From: Eledone cirrhosa
Taxonomy: Eukaryota
NCBI GenBank assembly: GCA_964016885.1
Contig: OZ024740.1
Location: 63,488,001-63,552,000 of the forward strand
Length of the DNA: 64,000 bases
Reading direction: 5' to 3'
Part shown: piece after piece, positions 30,070 through 42,140 of the stretch
Position numbering within the stretch: position 1 is the first letter of the stretch
How the letters are laid out: each line of letters starts with the position of its first letter
Position numbers and translations under genes: made by a program
Notes under the pieces: generated by a model
The model's input: the letters and a program-made list of their open reading frames with translations, nothing else
Told to the model about the DNA's origin: nothing
Databases searched by the model: none

Positions 30070-30451
30070 CATCATCATCATTTTATGTCAGTTCTTCTAC
30101 GCTAGCATGGGTTGTCCTGTTGTGGGCAGTGTCCGGTCGGCTGACCTCGTCTAGCTCATACGGGAACTGATTCTGTCTTGATTTCTACAGCTGGATGCCC
30201 TTCCTAACACCAACCTCATTTACAGTGAGTGCTGGGTGTTTTTGTTTTTTTTTGCCGTGGCACCTCCACGACCACTTTACAGTGGAATGATAGGGACCCC
30301 AGTCCTATCATCTCATTTCTACAGCTGAGTAAACTGGAGCAATGTGAAATAAAGTGTCTTGCTCAAGGAAACAACACATCACCCGGTCCGAGAATTAAAC
30401 TCACAACCTTTCAATTGCAAGCCCAATGCTCTAACCACTGAGCCATGTACC
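30070..30451 (-). mobile_element. Full-length tRNA/CORE-type SINE with RTE tail
   Basis: On the minus strand: A-box tggctcagtgg, B-box-like gagtttaattc, CORE-like segment, RTE-like 3' UTR and (tga)n end. Same family as 29307-29667. Confidence 0.85.
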
Positions 30452-30470
30452 TTCTATTGTTGGCAATGTT

Positions 30471-31180
30471 AGGTCAGGTGACCATGTCTTGCTCATAAAG
30501 AACTGATTTGGGCTTGGTTTCTACAGCTGGATGCCCTTCCTAATGCCAAGCTCATTTACAATGAGTACTGGGTGTTCTTTGTTGTGATTCCTCCACGACT
30601 ACTTTACAGTGTGGACTGGGTGTTTTTTACTGTGTCACCATCACGACCACTTTACAGTGTTTCGGCCTGTTCTCATGAAAGATATATTGGCGAGTGTGAT
30701 GGAGTGGTGCATACTGTATGCATGTTTCAGCCTTGGCCTGGGCCCGTGGGAAGTTGGGGTTTCTGTATTACCTCATAACGCCAGAGATCTTGGTCCTGTG
30801 TCATTGTCTTTCAGAGGTGCAATTGTGCAAGGTCGGCTTTTATCACTTCATCTCAAGTCTACAGTCTACCTTTTATTCTGAGGGAAAGGCCTTTTGTATC
30901 CAGCTGTGGCAGTAGCTCCCTCAACTTCTTCCATCCCGTTCTTTCAGAACACCCCCCCCCCCTCCGCTGCTAATTCAGTATTCTTTTTACCAAGTCCTCC
31001 CAGACTTTGATGTCACTTGTTTTCAGTGATTGTTTGCTGCTTACTGTCCTGGTGCAACTGCTACATGTAAAGCCTACATTCTTAACTAAACTTCCTGAGA
31101 TCCCACTACATCTCTTGTGTACCCATAGTTTGCATATGGGGCAGAGGATGGAGTTTCTACCTACACCTCTCTTACATAAC
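30471..31180 (-). mobile_element. Fragmented second copy of the RTE LINE (PHD region to 3' UTR)
   Basis: Minus ORF 30970-31212 reads CSLCKRGVGRNSILCPICKLWVHKRCSG. 30900-30945 encodes TGWKKLRELLP. 30471-30860 matches the RTE ORF end and 3' UTR. Confidence 0.85.
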
Positions 31181-31234
31181 GAGCACACACACACACATAT
31201 ATATATATACACACACTCACATATATATATATAC

Positions 31235-32239
31235 TAGCCAAATTACCAGCGCCTTGCTGCGTTTCACACATTTTTTTTGTAAGAAAATGATTGATTTTAA
31301 ATCAGTGATATAATTTATGGAGAAAAACTCAATATTACTCAATGTAAAATATAATGCATGAAAAATTGGAAAACATCATTTTTTGTAATATATCAAATCA
31401 AAATTGCATGATTAAATCTTATTCTTATTTTGTTTCTTGTAAATGATTTTTTTCAAAATATCAATTGAAAACATTTGTGAATAGGCATCATATCTTGTCA
31501 TTTACCTATGGTTTAAGTTTCATATAAATTGAAAGGGAAAAGTTTTCAGCGGGGGTTTGTACCCCCGGGGAACCATAATAGGGGGTTTAAGCACCATTAA
31601 GGTGTCTTATAGTATTGAAATTTTGTGAATAGGCATCATATCTCTTCATTTATCTATGGTTTAAATTGCATATAAATCGAACCGAAAAAATTTTCAGCGG
31701 GGATTTTGTGCCCCCCTGGTGAACCCTAATAGGGGGTTTAACCCCATTAGGGTATTGTAATTTTATTGAAATTTGCTGAAATGATATGAATAGGCATCAT
31801 ATCTTGTCGTTTACCTATGGTTTAAATTGCATATAAATCGAAGGGAAAACATTTTCAGCAGGGGTTTGTGCCACCGATGAACCCTAATAGGGGGTTTAAC
31901 CCCATTAGGGTATTTTAATTTTATTTAAATTTGCTGAAATTTTGTGAATAGGCATCATATCTTGTCATTTACCTATGGTTTAAATTTCATATAAATCGAA
32001 GGTAAAGTTTCAGCGGCGGTTCTGTGCCCCCGATGAACCCTTTGATTAAAATAAAATATACTTATACAAGTACCCTGGGCAATGTAGTTTCAGAATATAT
32101 ATGGTTATGGGGGGTCTATCTCCAAAACCATAGGAGGAGTTCGTAAAATCTTGTTCCATTTATTGGCCAAACTTTTCACTATAGGGCGTTTAACCCCCAT
32201 TAGGGTGTCTTAATATTATTAAAATTTGCACACACACAC
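31235..32239 (-). mobile_element. Putative non-autonomous Helitron with four internal ~150-160-bp tandem repeats
   Basis: Minus-strand end cagcaaggcgctg-gtaatttgg-CTAG|T (small hairpin ~10 nt before CTAG). Internal units start gaataggcatcatatc at ~31476, 31624, 31785 and 31943. The 5' TC end was not found. Confidence 0.55.
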
Positions 32240-32385
32240 ATGAAAATATGTGACGTCATTCGTCAACCTTCCCCTACTTTCACTTCTGACAGCTAATACC
32301 ATGAACTGTATTTTTACAGTTCATGGTATTAGCTGTCAGAAGTGAAAGTAGGGGAAGGTTGACGAATGACGTCACATATTTTCAT
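32240..32385. repeat. Perfect palindrome, 71-bp arms with a tttt spacer
   Basis: 32240-32310 is the exact reverse complement of 32315-32385. Confidence 0.97.
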
Positions 32386-33968
32386 AGTTATGGTTATCAA
32401 TATAAAAAACAAGTCATTTTCACCAACAGTGGAGTTAACTTAAATGAAAATATAGGTGGCCCTTAAAAGGGCCAAATTATGGTTATCAAATTTTTTTCAC
32501 CAAGAAATGTTTAGAAAACAAATTATTTTCACCAACCTTATTCAAAAGCATGGATACAGTGCCCATGGAGACAAGCGACAGTCCCCATGGAGACAATCCC
32601 CACCAATCAGCAACAATCATCACCAACACCACGTGTAAATAAATAAACTTTAATCTTCACTTTGTGATAATACACGCATCTGCAAATTGAAAAATGAGTT
32701 CTATAATATATCCAAGTGTTAAGGGAATTAACCATCGCGATCTTTCCATCGCTACTACAACAGATACCGTCAATTGGTTGAAAATTCAAGGACTTCTGAA
32801 TACACAAAAGGTCTGCCCTTCATGTGGTCAACGTATGCTGGAAGTAGCGAAACAAAATGTGTCAGATGGGATTATCTGGTCATGTAAAAGGCCATGTAGA
32901 AAACAGGTTTCTATTAGAAAAGGCACATTTTTAGAAAATAGCAATTTGAAGTGTGAACAAATAGTTGATATATTATATTTTTGGGCAAAAGAAGATTTCA
33001 GAGGAATGTCGTATCGCGAATGTGGCCGTAGCAGATTGGCGAAATTTTTGCCGTGATGTATGTGTAGAGTACTATGTGGCACAAAACATTAAGCTTGGCG
33101 GGCCAAACCGAATTGTCGAGATTGATGAAAGCGCATTCGTGAGAAAGAAATACCATCGTGGCCATTCTGTGAAAACACAGTGGGTTTTTGGTGCTTTGGA
33201 AAGAAGTACCAGAAGATGTATTTTAGTAGCAGTAGAAGACAGGACAGCGGAGACACTTTTAACCATTATACAGGATCGTATATTGCCAGGGACAACCATA
33301 ATATCTGATCTATGGCGTTCCTATAATACGATCGATCAGCTAGGCTATCAACATTTGACGGTGAACCATTCGATCAATTTTGTTGATCCAGTAACATTTG
33401 CCACAACGAATCACATAGAATGCTTGTGGAAACACGTAAAAAATAGGAATAAAAGGGAAAACGGGACAGCCAGAAATTTGCTTCAAACCCATCTCATTGA
33501 ATTCATGTGGCGGTATGAATTTAAAGGAGAAATTTTCCAAAAGTTATTAGAACATATCCGTCATCTGATTCCATGCATTTGAATAAGGTTGGTGAAAAAA
33601 TGTTTCTAAACATGCTTTTGAATAAGGTTGGTGAATAATGAAAATATAAATGAATAAATCAAATTTATTTGATAACCATGACTTGTTTTCTAATTAACTT
33701 AAATTTGTTTTCTAACTTGGCCCTTTTAAGGACCACCTATATTTTCATTTAAGTAACTCTACTTACATCGATATGCGTTATAACCATGACTTGTTTTCTA
33801 TTTGTTTTTTTCTATTTGTTTTCTAATTTGGCCCTTTTAAGTCTTCTCTTTCTCCAAAAAACGCGTGAAAACTCCACTTACGCGTGGTAGTAATACGGAA
33901 ATAAACGATGTTTGACGAGTGACGTCACCGCCTGTTTCCATCGGCTGCTTGGACTGACAGCTAATAGC
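32325..33968 (+). mobile_element. Merlin-superfamily (IS1595/ISXO2-like) DNA transposon
   Basis: Ends ggtattagctgtcag and ctgacagctaatagc. Subterminal inverted repeats 32428-32474/33718-33763 and 32526-32551/33611-33635. No target-site duplication seen. Confidence 0.8.
32694..33582 (+). pseudogene. Merlin/ISXO2-like DDE transposase, frameshifted near 33000
   Basis: N-terminal Zn ribbon CPSC...WSCKRPC..SIRKGT. Catalytic motifs VEIDES, KYHRG, IISDLWRSY, VNHS, TNHIECLW, split over two overlapping ORFs. Confidence 0.9.
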
Positions 33969-35443
33969 GTTGTGGTGCCGATGATTGAAACAAAATAAAA
34001 ATCGTTATCAAACTGTTGAAATGGAACTAGAGGGAAATTGACAAAATTGCTTAGAGAAGAAAAAATCAAGAAGGATTTTAGTAATTTCAAGAAAAATATC
34101 AGTAGTGACAAAAAAGCTTAGATTCAACAAGTTTGTCTATTTTGACATTTTTTTTTCTCTCATTTCGATTTCCTCTTTGCTTTAATCGAAAGAAATATTT
34201 TTAATAGCCTCGTCTTTATCCTGTTATTTTCAATTAAACTGTCATGGTATTACCGCCAGGGAAATTTAAGTTTAAGAAAAGTAATCGTTGAAAAGTAAAA
34301 GAAAAATTACAACAGTGTTTTATGTACTAAATTTGAAACACTTTCAAACAATTGTAATGATTTTTTTTCTTTTCTATTTCTTTCTAGCATAATTTGGCTT
34401 TTAAAAATTGTAGAATTTACCACACATTGCTATACATTGATTTCTTCGAAGGAATAAGTTTTGTCATTGTTTATCCCAAGCTTAAGATCAAGGATGTGGC
34501 AACCTGCAGTTTTGTATATCCGTGATTACAATGTCCATTAATATTCCATGGTATATGCCGTAGACCATACAAGCCAGCCATGCCATTAAACGGCATCTTT
34601 CACTCTCGGGAGGGAGCTCTTAGAAACTGGAATGTCTGCAAACGCTCACAGCCACCAGCCAATCGTGCGATCGGTGGAAAGTCTATAGCGATTATTTGGA
34701 TGGTCGTGTTGGTTAGTTGATTGTGTTGTAGTGTTGATTCGTTTGTTGCGTGTGTGCTCACTTGTAGCTTGTTGTGTCGTGTGGTCACTGTTGTGTGATA
34801 CAGTGTGACCAGAGGTTGCTTGTGTGCAGGTAAGTGAGTAAGTGTTCAATAAGATGATGATGATATGACAGTTCCTTGATCACACAGAAAATGAATATAT
34901 ATAAATGAACTACTATGACACCAAACCGCTATATTATTAATTTATTGAAAATAGCTCACGCCGGAGATATATGAAAAATACACAGGAATTAGGTATTATT
35001 TGCTTGTTTGTAAAAGTAGAATTAAATTGTATTTACCAAGAAAACTTCATGAACTTCACTGGCAGGGTTAAGAAAGAGACCAAGAAATAGAGAGAGAGTC
35101 TGTTAGATCCCAAAATCGTCTGTAGGAAGCAATAATCTACATGTTTACTCTATCGAGAACTGCTTCGAACTGATTGCCACTTGATCTAAGAGAGGCAATT
35201 TATATCTGTCGCTTCCTCTGTCCCCTGGTCGTCCACTCTAAGACTTTGTTTACGTCCAAAAGGAGATAACCCAGAAAATGACCATTAAATGTCACCCAGG
35301 GGTCAAGGTGGGGACAGATTTCGCTACAAGTCCACCTTAGATTTCTATAGAGGTTTAGTAACGGGTAAAAATGACGATGTTTTGGGGGAGACTGTAGGCG
35401 ATGAAAATCAACAAGCCACACTTGTGGCTCTAGTCTAGGACCC

Positions 35444-36470
35444 ATGGATAATTTTCGGAAACACCTGACTTGGCAGTGCTACCGAGGAGCTTTGTCAGAT
35501 CGAAATAAACTGTACAGGCATGGAAGTGCCATCAGCCTGGTCTGTCCGAGATGCACGCAGGGTGACAAAACTGTCCTGCACGCAATCATCGATTCTCTGA
35601 GTATTCCTGACCTTTGGGTTTATATCGAACACCTGCTATCACGTGTTGGGTGGATCTAACTATCAACTGAGTCCATTCTAAAGATCACTCCGCCGTTTTC
35701 CATTAGAGGGGAAGGTCAGGCACTTTTCTATTTGCTTGCAGTCCATGGCGAAAGAGGTCGTGTGGTGGGTGCGCTTGAAACCTTTCCTCTATCTCTGAGT
35801 CTGCCAACATGGCCACCTTAAGAGTGAGATGTTTAAAAGTTCGTGACCTGGGATCATCCTGGAAGCATGGTTGCCTGCTCAACGACCTCAGGCTACTAGA
35901 TATGGATGTGATTGCCGTCAGCGAGACCAGGATTTCCGACACGCGCGCATTATCCCCCGTTTTCGACGACTATCAGATCTTCGCATCTCTCAGTCGGCCG
36001 GGAATGGGAGGTGGGGTGGCAGTGCTGTTTAGGAAAGGCCTGGATCTCGAGGTAAGGTCGATCTTCCGGGACTTAGACGGTAAGTCCTGGACGTGAACAA
36101 TAGTGAAGGTCATGCCTTTAGATTTGTGGCCGTCTACGCCCCGGCCGGGGCCAGACGGCCGGACTTCTTTAGGCTCCTGGAAGCCTTTCTGGGAACGTCT
36201 CGCACTTTACTGTTAGCGGGAGACTGGAACAACATCTTAGACGCACGCTGGGATTGTGTGGGAGTAGCTGATAGGAGCAGGGAGTGTAAGAGCCTCAAGT
36301 ACCTGATCAACCACTTCTAACTGTCTAACAGGTAACAAGTAGATTTCCTTAATGCTCCAGTGTGAACCTGGACCAACCGAGTAAGGTCACCTAGATCGTA
36401 TATAGAAAGGTCAGTAGATAAGAATAGTACAGGTTGCCTACATTTTCAAACGGTCGCCTATTCAGATCGG
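35444..36470 (+). mobile_element. Decayed Tx1/L1-type LINE pieces (C-terminal Zn finger followed by APE N-terminus)
   Basis: 35444: LTWQCYRGAL..CPRC..KTVLHA (zf-RVT-like). 35809: LRVRCLKVR..VIAVSETR..GGGVAVL. 36093: VAVYAP..LAGDWN. Confidence 0.75.
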
Positions 36471-36569
36471 GACTGTTACATATATCTATACCCACTCTGT
36501 ATTTCCCCATGTATTGAGTACTCCCATGATTAGTGGTCTTTCCGTTCTCAACACTGTAGACTCTCTCTC

Positions 36570-36606
<37 letters not shown>

Positions 36607-36611
36607 CGCAT

Positions 36612-36765
36612 TGAATTGGCAGAGTCCTTATAACTTCAAATAGAATGCTTTCAAGTATTCGTTCCGGCTCTTTACGCCCTGAGTTCAAATCCTGCCGAGG
36701 TCAATCTTGCCTTTCATCTTTTCGAGGTTGATAAAAATACTAGTCCAATAATGAGGTCGATTCTT
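36612..36765 (+). mobile_element. tRNA-derived SINE with Nin/Deu-like central domain
   Basis: tggcag head, gagttcaaatcc B-box, gccgaggtcaa..gcctttcatc..gaggttgataaa. Confidence 0.75.
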
Positions 36766-36904
36766 CCTCTCTCTCTCTCTCTCTCTCTCTCTTGCTTGAT
36801 GACACTGTGAATACACAAGCGAAACTTCATACTTCCAGGAATCTAAATTTGCTTTAATAAAGAAAATATTAATATCAATTATGGTATTCATATATACAAT
36901 GTGT

Positions 36905-37170
36905 CCTCATTTAGATGTAGGAACTTTAGCACTATGTCCCATTTCATATGGAGGTTCTGTGACCAAGGGCGCAACACCGAACGGAGCTTCTGGTTAGGGC
37001 ATCTCCATAAGGCCATGTTGAACGCAACTGTTAACTCTGCCTCCACGAGTGATTGCACATACAACAACAGCCTGCAATATCCGTCCACAGGAAAACTGAT
37101 CTAACGTTCTGCTGCCAAAGTAAAAGCACCGTCAGCCAACTTGAAACCACTGGCCGCAGACAACCCATAA
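36905..37170 (-). mobile_element. Possible decayed DIRS tyrosine-recombinase N-terminal fragment
   Basis: Frameshifted translation KLAD/LLLWQQNVRS/VDGYCRLL...RSVLRP...WDIVLKFL resembles the DIRS YR pattern ADFLLWL..GYRS.L..WD.D.VL.FL, recalled from memory. Confidence 0.35.
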
Positions 37171-37745
37171 AGACCACATTAGTTCCATCGGATTCGTATG
37201 TAGGTATGAGGCAAGGTAGCTCGAATCAGCACACACACATTACACCCATTAAATACAGAGACTCATTGACGCCACTAGTACGACAATGAGAACACATACA
37301 TACTGTCACAGCATTCTACTGGGATTATTAGCGCCACCGAGAAAACGTTCTCGTGCTTACGATGACTCATCAACACCATTACGTGAGCATAAGAGCAGAA
37401 TGGTCCCATGTCCATTCTCCATCTACTTTTAGTTTTCTTAAATACACATGATAGTTTAAATGTTTTCATCTTCAAACCACTGTTAGTAAGGTGTTAAGTC
37501 AAACTGCTCATTTAAATACTCAACATCCACAATATTTGCTGAGTGGATTTGCCTTCTGTTTGTATTCACAGCTGTATACATATATATCCGGTAGTTTCCA
37601 TTTGGACTGCCGTTAGCAGACTGAGTCGCAGAAACTAATGCATTTGTCTGGGCCCGGAAAATCAAATTTTCTACACATAAAATCGTTTTTCTCAATAATT
37701 AACGTATAAATGTGCACTTTAATTTTCTTGGATTGATGTCTTAAT

Positions 37746-37930
37746 AATTGTTTCTACTTTATGGCACAAGGTCAGCAATTATTCCAGTGTATTACTGGTA
37801 CTTTTATTTATCGACCTCATAAGGAAAGGCAAAGTTAACCTCGGTGGGATTTGAACTCAGACCATAAAGGGCCGTAACTCTTTGCTGCAAAGCATGGCGT
37901 CCGACCCTCTACCGATACTGTCAATCCGCC
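37746..37930 (-). mobile_element. Nin/Deu-like tRNA SINE
   Basis: Reverse complement of the family at 59999 (ggcggattgacagtatcggtagagggtcggacgcc...ctgagttcaaatccc..cctttcct..gtcgataaa..gtaccag). Confidence 0.85.
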
Positions 37931-38547
37931 GTTGGTTGGTGTCTTAATAATACAGAGTTATTTAAATTATTATGGATTAACCCATATTCAAATTGTAAGT
38001 TTAACTTTTTATTCTATTTATCATAGTTCGATTTATTTACTAAATGTTTGCATCTATGTCTTTGCTTTCTCTATGGAAACCCTGCATGAGTGTTTCATGG
38101 CCTGTTTCATTTTTTCAATTTGAATCTGTGCCAATGTGTTCCCTATAAATGGTCAGAACTGGCTTACTTCTTCTTTCAAGTCACGTGTCACTGAAAGTCG
38201 AGGTTACTAATATACTGGCCGATGTCCATCGGAGTAATGTGTGCATGGCTGGTACGAACCATCTGTTCCAGGGAAGCTAATTTCCCACTGAGGACACGTC
38301 TCTTAACCACTTATGAGATGTTTACTATCATTTCCTAATTCCTGTGTACGGTAGTTCCATTTGAACTGCCGCTAGCGGATGGAGTCGCAGAAACTAATGC
38401 ATTTGTCCGGGGCTTCAAATAATTCACCAGGAAAGCTTTCCTGGTGATTTCTTTTGAATGAAACATTTCTAGTTCTCTAGAAAGTATTGCGTACCTTACT
38501 TACTGTGGTTACCCCCGATTGAACCCGACACTTATATATATATTTAC

Positions 38548-38630
<83 letters not shown>

Positions 38631-38763
38631 CATATGTGTATATATATATATGCAAACATATATATGTATGTATACAGATGCTGAAATAGACACATATATA
38701 CATGCACACACATACTCAAATCCATAAAATCTGATGCCATTAACACGCATACGCATACGCCCA

Positions 38764-38827
<64 letters not shown>

Positions 38828-38989
38828 ATAAAATATTATAATGATGTCCACCAACACCGCTCGTTTATCTTCACAATCTCTTTACATTATTCTGCTACAA
38901 ATAAAAGTTCTATTTCTGTACACCACCTTACATAAATCGTTGGTAGGAGATATTCTTCTGCATTATTGTTATTATTATCATCATCCTCA

Positions 38990-39033
<44 letters not shown>

Positions 39034-39228
39034 TTCAATAGAATGACAAGAAAAAAAATATTTGCAAAAGAAATATTCAAAAATAGGTACATACATAGAA
39101 ACATGCATTGATGTTGAATGAGTAGTATAGTATTTAGATTCACGTCAATTGAAGAATTAAATAAATATGTGAATAAAAATATCCCTTTTATCTGAAAAAC
39201 CTATAATTAACATTGTCGTAATACCCCT

Positions 39229-39261
39229 ATGCCATGGTGATACATACATGTATGACGCGTG

Positions 39262-39322
<61 letters not shown>

Positions 39323-39333
39323 TAGCTAGATAG

Positions 39334-39368
<35 letters not shown>

Positions 39369-39520
39369 CGCGTGTGCATGTGCATGTGTGTGTCTGAGTG
39401 TGTGCGTGTGTGTTTGTGTGTGTTTACATGTCCCAACTCTATGCACTACGGTGAAACTCCAGTACTAATAAACCAAGATAGAAGATGTGCCATGGTGATA
39501 TCAGGCATGTACGACGCGTG

Positions 39521-39586
<66 letters not shown>

Positions 39587-39691
39587 TATATAGAGAGAGA
39601 GAGATAGATAGATAGATATGTGTGTGTGTATTTACATGTCCCAACTCCCTCGACTGCGGTGAAACTCCAGTACTAATAAACCAAGATAGAA
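39229..39691. repeat. Two-copy local tandem duplication containing compound TA/GA/GT microsatellites
   Basis: gccatggtgata..gacgcgtgttata..tttacatgtcccaactc..ggtgaaactccagtactaataaaccaagatagaa occurs at ~39229-39483 and ~39489-39691. Confidence 0.85.
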
Positions 39692-39816
39692 TATAGTAAA
39701 ACCTATTGATAATGACTCTAAGATTTCCAAAGCCTTGTTAACATCTTTGTTGACTATTTTATTAACCCTAGAAGGATGAAAGATAACGTTTACCCCGTTC
39801 TGATTTGTAAATATTC

Positions 39817-40272
39817 GTGCAACTTTGTCTTCTTTCTCCTCTGCTTTTCAATATTTTCCTAGATAACATCAAGCAAGAGATACTTCCATGCTTGAACATC
39901 GCTGTTTTCAACTTGTACGTTGCTGATGATATAGGCTTATTAGGAGGCAAAGGTAAATATCTCCAGTAGCTCACCACCAGCTTGCAGAAAGTATCAGGAG
40001 CAAATGGAATGGAGATCAGTTCATAAAATAGCAAAGTTCTAGTTAAATATCATAACCAGAATACAGCAACAAACATCATGCTGAATAGAGGAAAACTTTA
40101 AGTACTTGGTATCTACTCTGACCAAATACGGTAAATCTTAAAAGGAGATATTGACACGATTCGGTCGGGACTTTTTTGCCATAACGAAGCTGAACACTAT
40201 ATGGAAAAGTAACCCATCAGTTTTCCAAAGAGGCTCAAATTGTACAAGTGCCCGGTAACTTCGATCCTTCAA
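39817..40272 (+). mobile_element. Decayed RTE-type RT fragment
   Basis: CLLSPLLFNIFLDNI...NLYVADDIGLL...LQ*L..NGMEIS..SKVLV...FKYL. Confidence 0.75.
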
Positions 40273-40529
40273 TGAATGCTTTTGTTTTTCTTTTATATGT
40301 TAACTATGGAGAAAAAGCAGTGCCCATGAGTTTTCCCGTGTATTCTCTCTCAGATTAGTCAAATAAGACCAATGTAGTTGATGTCCTATTTGAACATCTT
40401 AAGGTTTACAGAAACAAAGACATGGATGGGAAGTAAGAATATGTCTGACTCAATTGAATGCAATGGGTGAATTAAGCTAATCGCTTACAAAGGCTAGTTA
40501 GTGGGCATACATAACCCTCTTACGATATA

Positions 40530-41808
40530 CTGGCCCCATTTTTATTTTTGTTCTCCTTAATGTTTTCCTTTAGTTCAGTGATCGTCCTGGGTTTGATGAC
40601 ATACACGCTACCCTTCAGATAGTCCCAAAGAAAGAAATCTGGAGGGCTTAAATCAACCATGCGTGGGGGCCACTCAAAGTATGTCTTCAAACTGACCACA
40701 CGATTTCTAAAGTTATTTTTCAGTTATTCTCGCGACTCATTGGAGGTGTGAAGGCTTGCTCCATCTTACGGAAACCAGAACGTATTCATTACAGATGAAT
40801 ACATAATCTGTATCTCCTTTTTGAAGTCTTCCTGGCCCCCACATAGCGTTCCTTTGTGACTGTAGCAGTGAGACCGTTTCTTTCGAAGAAGAATGGGCCA
40901 TCATCTCTCTCAGAGATGCAGTCCAGATGCTACATTTAGCCGAGTAGAGAGGTTTCACAACCACTTCAGTGGATTCCTCTGATACCCAGAACACATTGTT
41001 GTTAGAGATGATTTTCTCTTTTAAGTGAAAGTAGGCTTCATCAGATGTCACAGCAAATTCAGAAAATTTGGGTTGTTTGCAAACTTCTTTAGCATTTTCT
41101 CAGCCATAGCCACTTGCTTTGTCTTATCTGCTACAGTAAGCTTTTGCTTATTCTGTATTCTGCATCTTAAATTCCTATTTGACAAATCTTCTGTAAGTTT
41201 CTGAGGAGAGACCCAAGGATAGACTGCTCCTGCGCAGCGATCATTTTGAGCTCTGTTCAACAGACTATATCAATAATTTCCTGTGTAAGCTCCATGCGTC
41301 GTCTAGAGTAGATAGGGTGGTTCTCAGACATTGCATTGTGATTCTCCACTATCCTATATCTTTCTGTGTATTGTGATTTGGATTTGACAGGAGATTTTCC
41401 AGTTGCAAAAAATGCGTGGAATTGTTCATGGATCTGCTTGTACGAACTACACTTACAGTAGTGTTTCACACAGAAAATCATTGCTGGAGCTTCCATTGGA
41501 GTCTTGTTCTCCTCCCAGACGTTGTATCTGCCATGTCCTGAAATTTGAGGTTGATTGATTAGAAAATGAATATACAGTGACACAAAACGTGCGTGAGATC
41601 AGTTATTTTTCTCGTCACCTTATATAATGTCACAGAAAGTAATTATAATTCAGTTAATAGCTAGTCTAAGAAAGATAATATCATTACATAGTTAATATTC
41701 TCTTTGAAAAGGAAACAATGTTACATATATTTACGTGGTTATATAATTGAACGTAATTAATTAAATGATGAATATCAGTTAACTAAAGAGACATTACTAT
41801 ACGCCCAG
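40530..41808 (-). mobile_element. Decayed Tc1/mariner DD41D (rosa/Visitor-type) transposon
   Basis: Minus strand SDEAYFHL and WFP*DGA...WPPRMVDLSPPDFFLW, with 41 residues counted between the 2nd and 3rd D. Possible TA|CTGG...CCAG|TA ends; boundaries tentative. Confidence 0.8.
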
Positions 41809-42140
41809 TATGTAAGAGAAATTAAAATGAATTTAATGACAACATAACAACATTATAGATGGAACTTCTACGCTGTGGCATGACCTAAGTAGTATTAACA
41901 GCAACATTGCCCTCAAACATATCTTTAAAAACGAAAGACATATTGGATAATAGAATATAAACACATTGCTGAAAAAATAAGACAGAAGGGTCATAGCTGG
42001 AATGTATTCGATTATAGGTCTTATCGACCAGAATTGACCTGAAGTTAAGCAGCAACAGTAGCAACAACAATAACAACAATATAATGAATATTTCTTTTGA
42101 TGTTCACATATTTTGTATATGAAGATGTAAATTGATCACC

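Noticed and set aside
32694-33582. Bacterial IS1595 contamination or recent gene transfer
   Set aside because: Motifs and long subterminal inverted repeats fit eukaryotic Merlin, and it is embedded among animal repeats.
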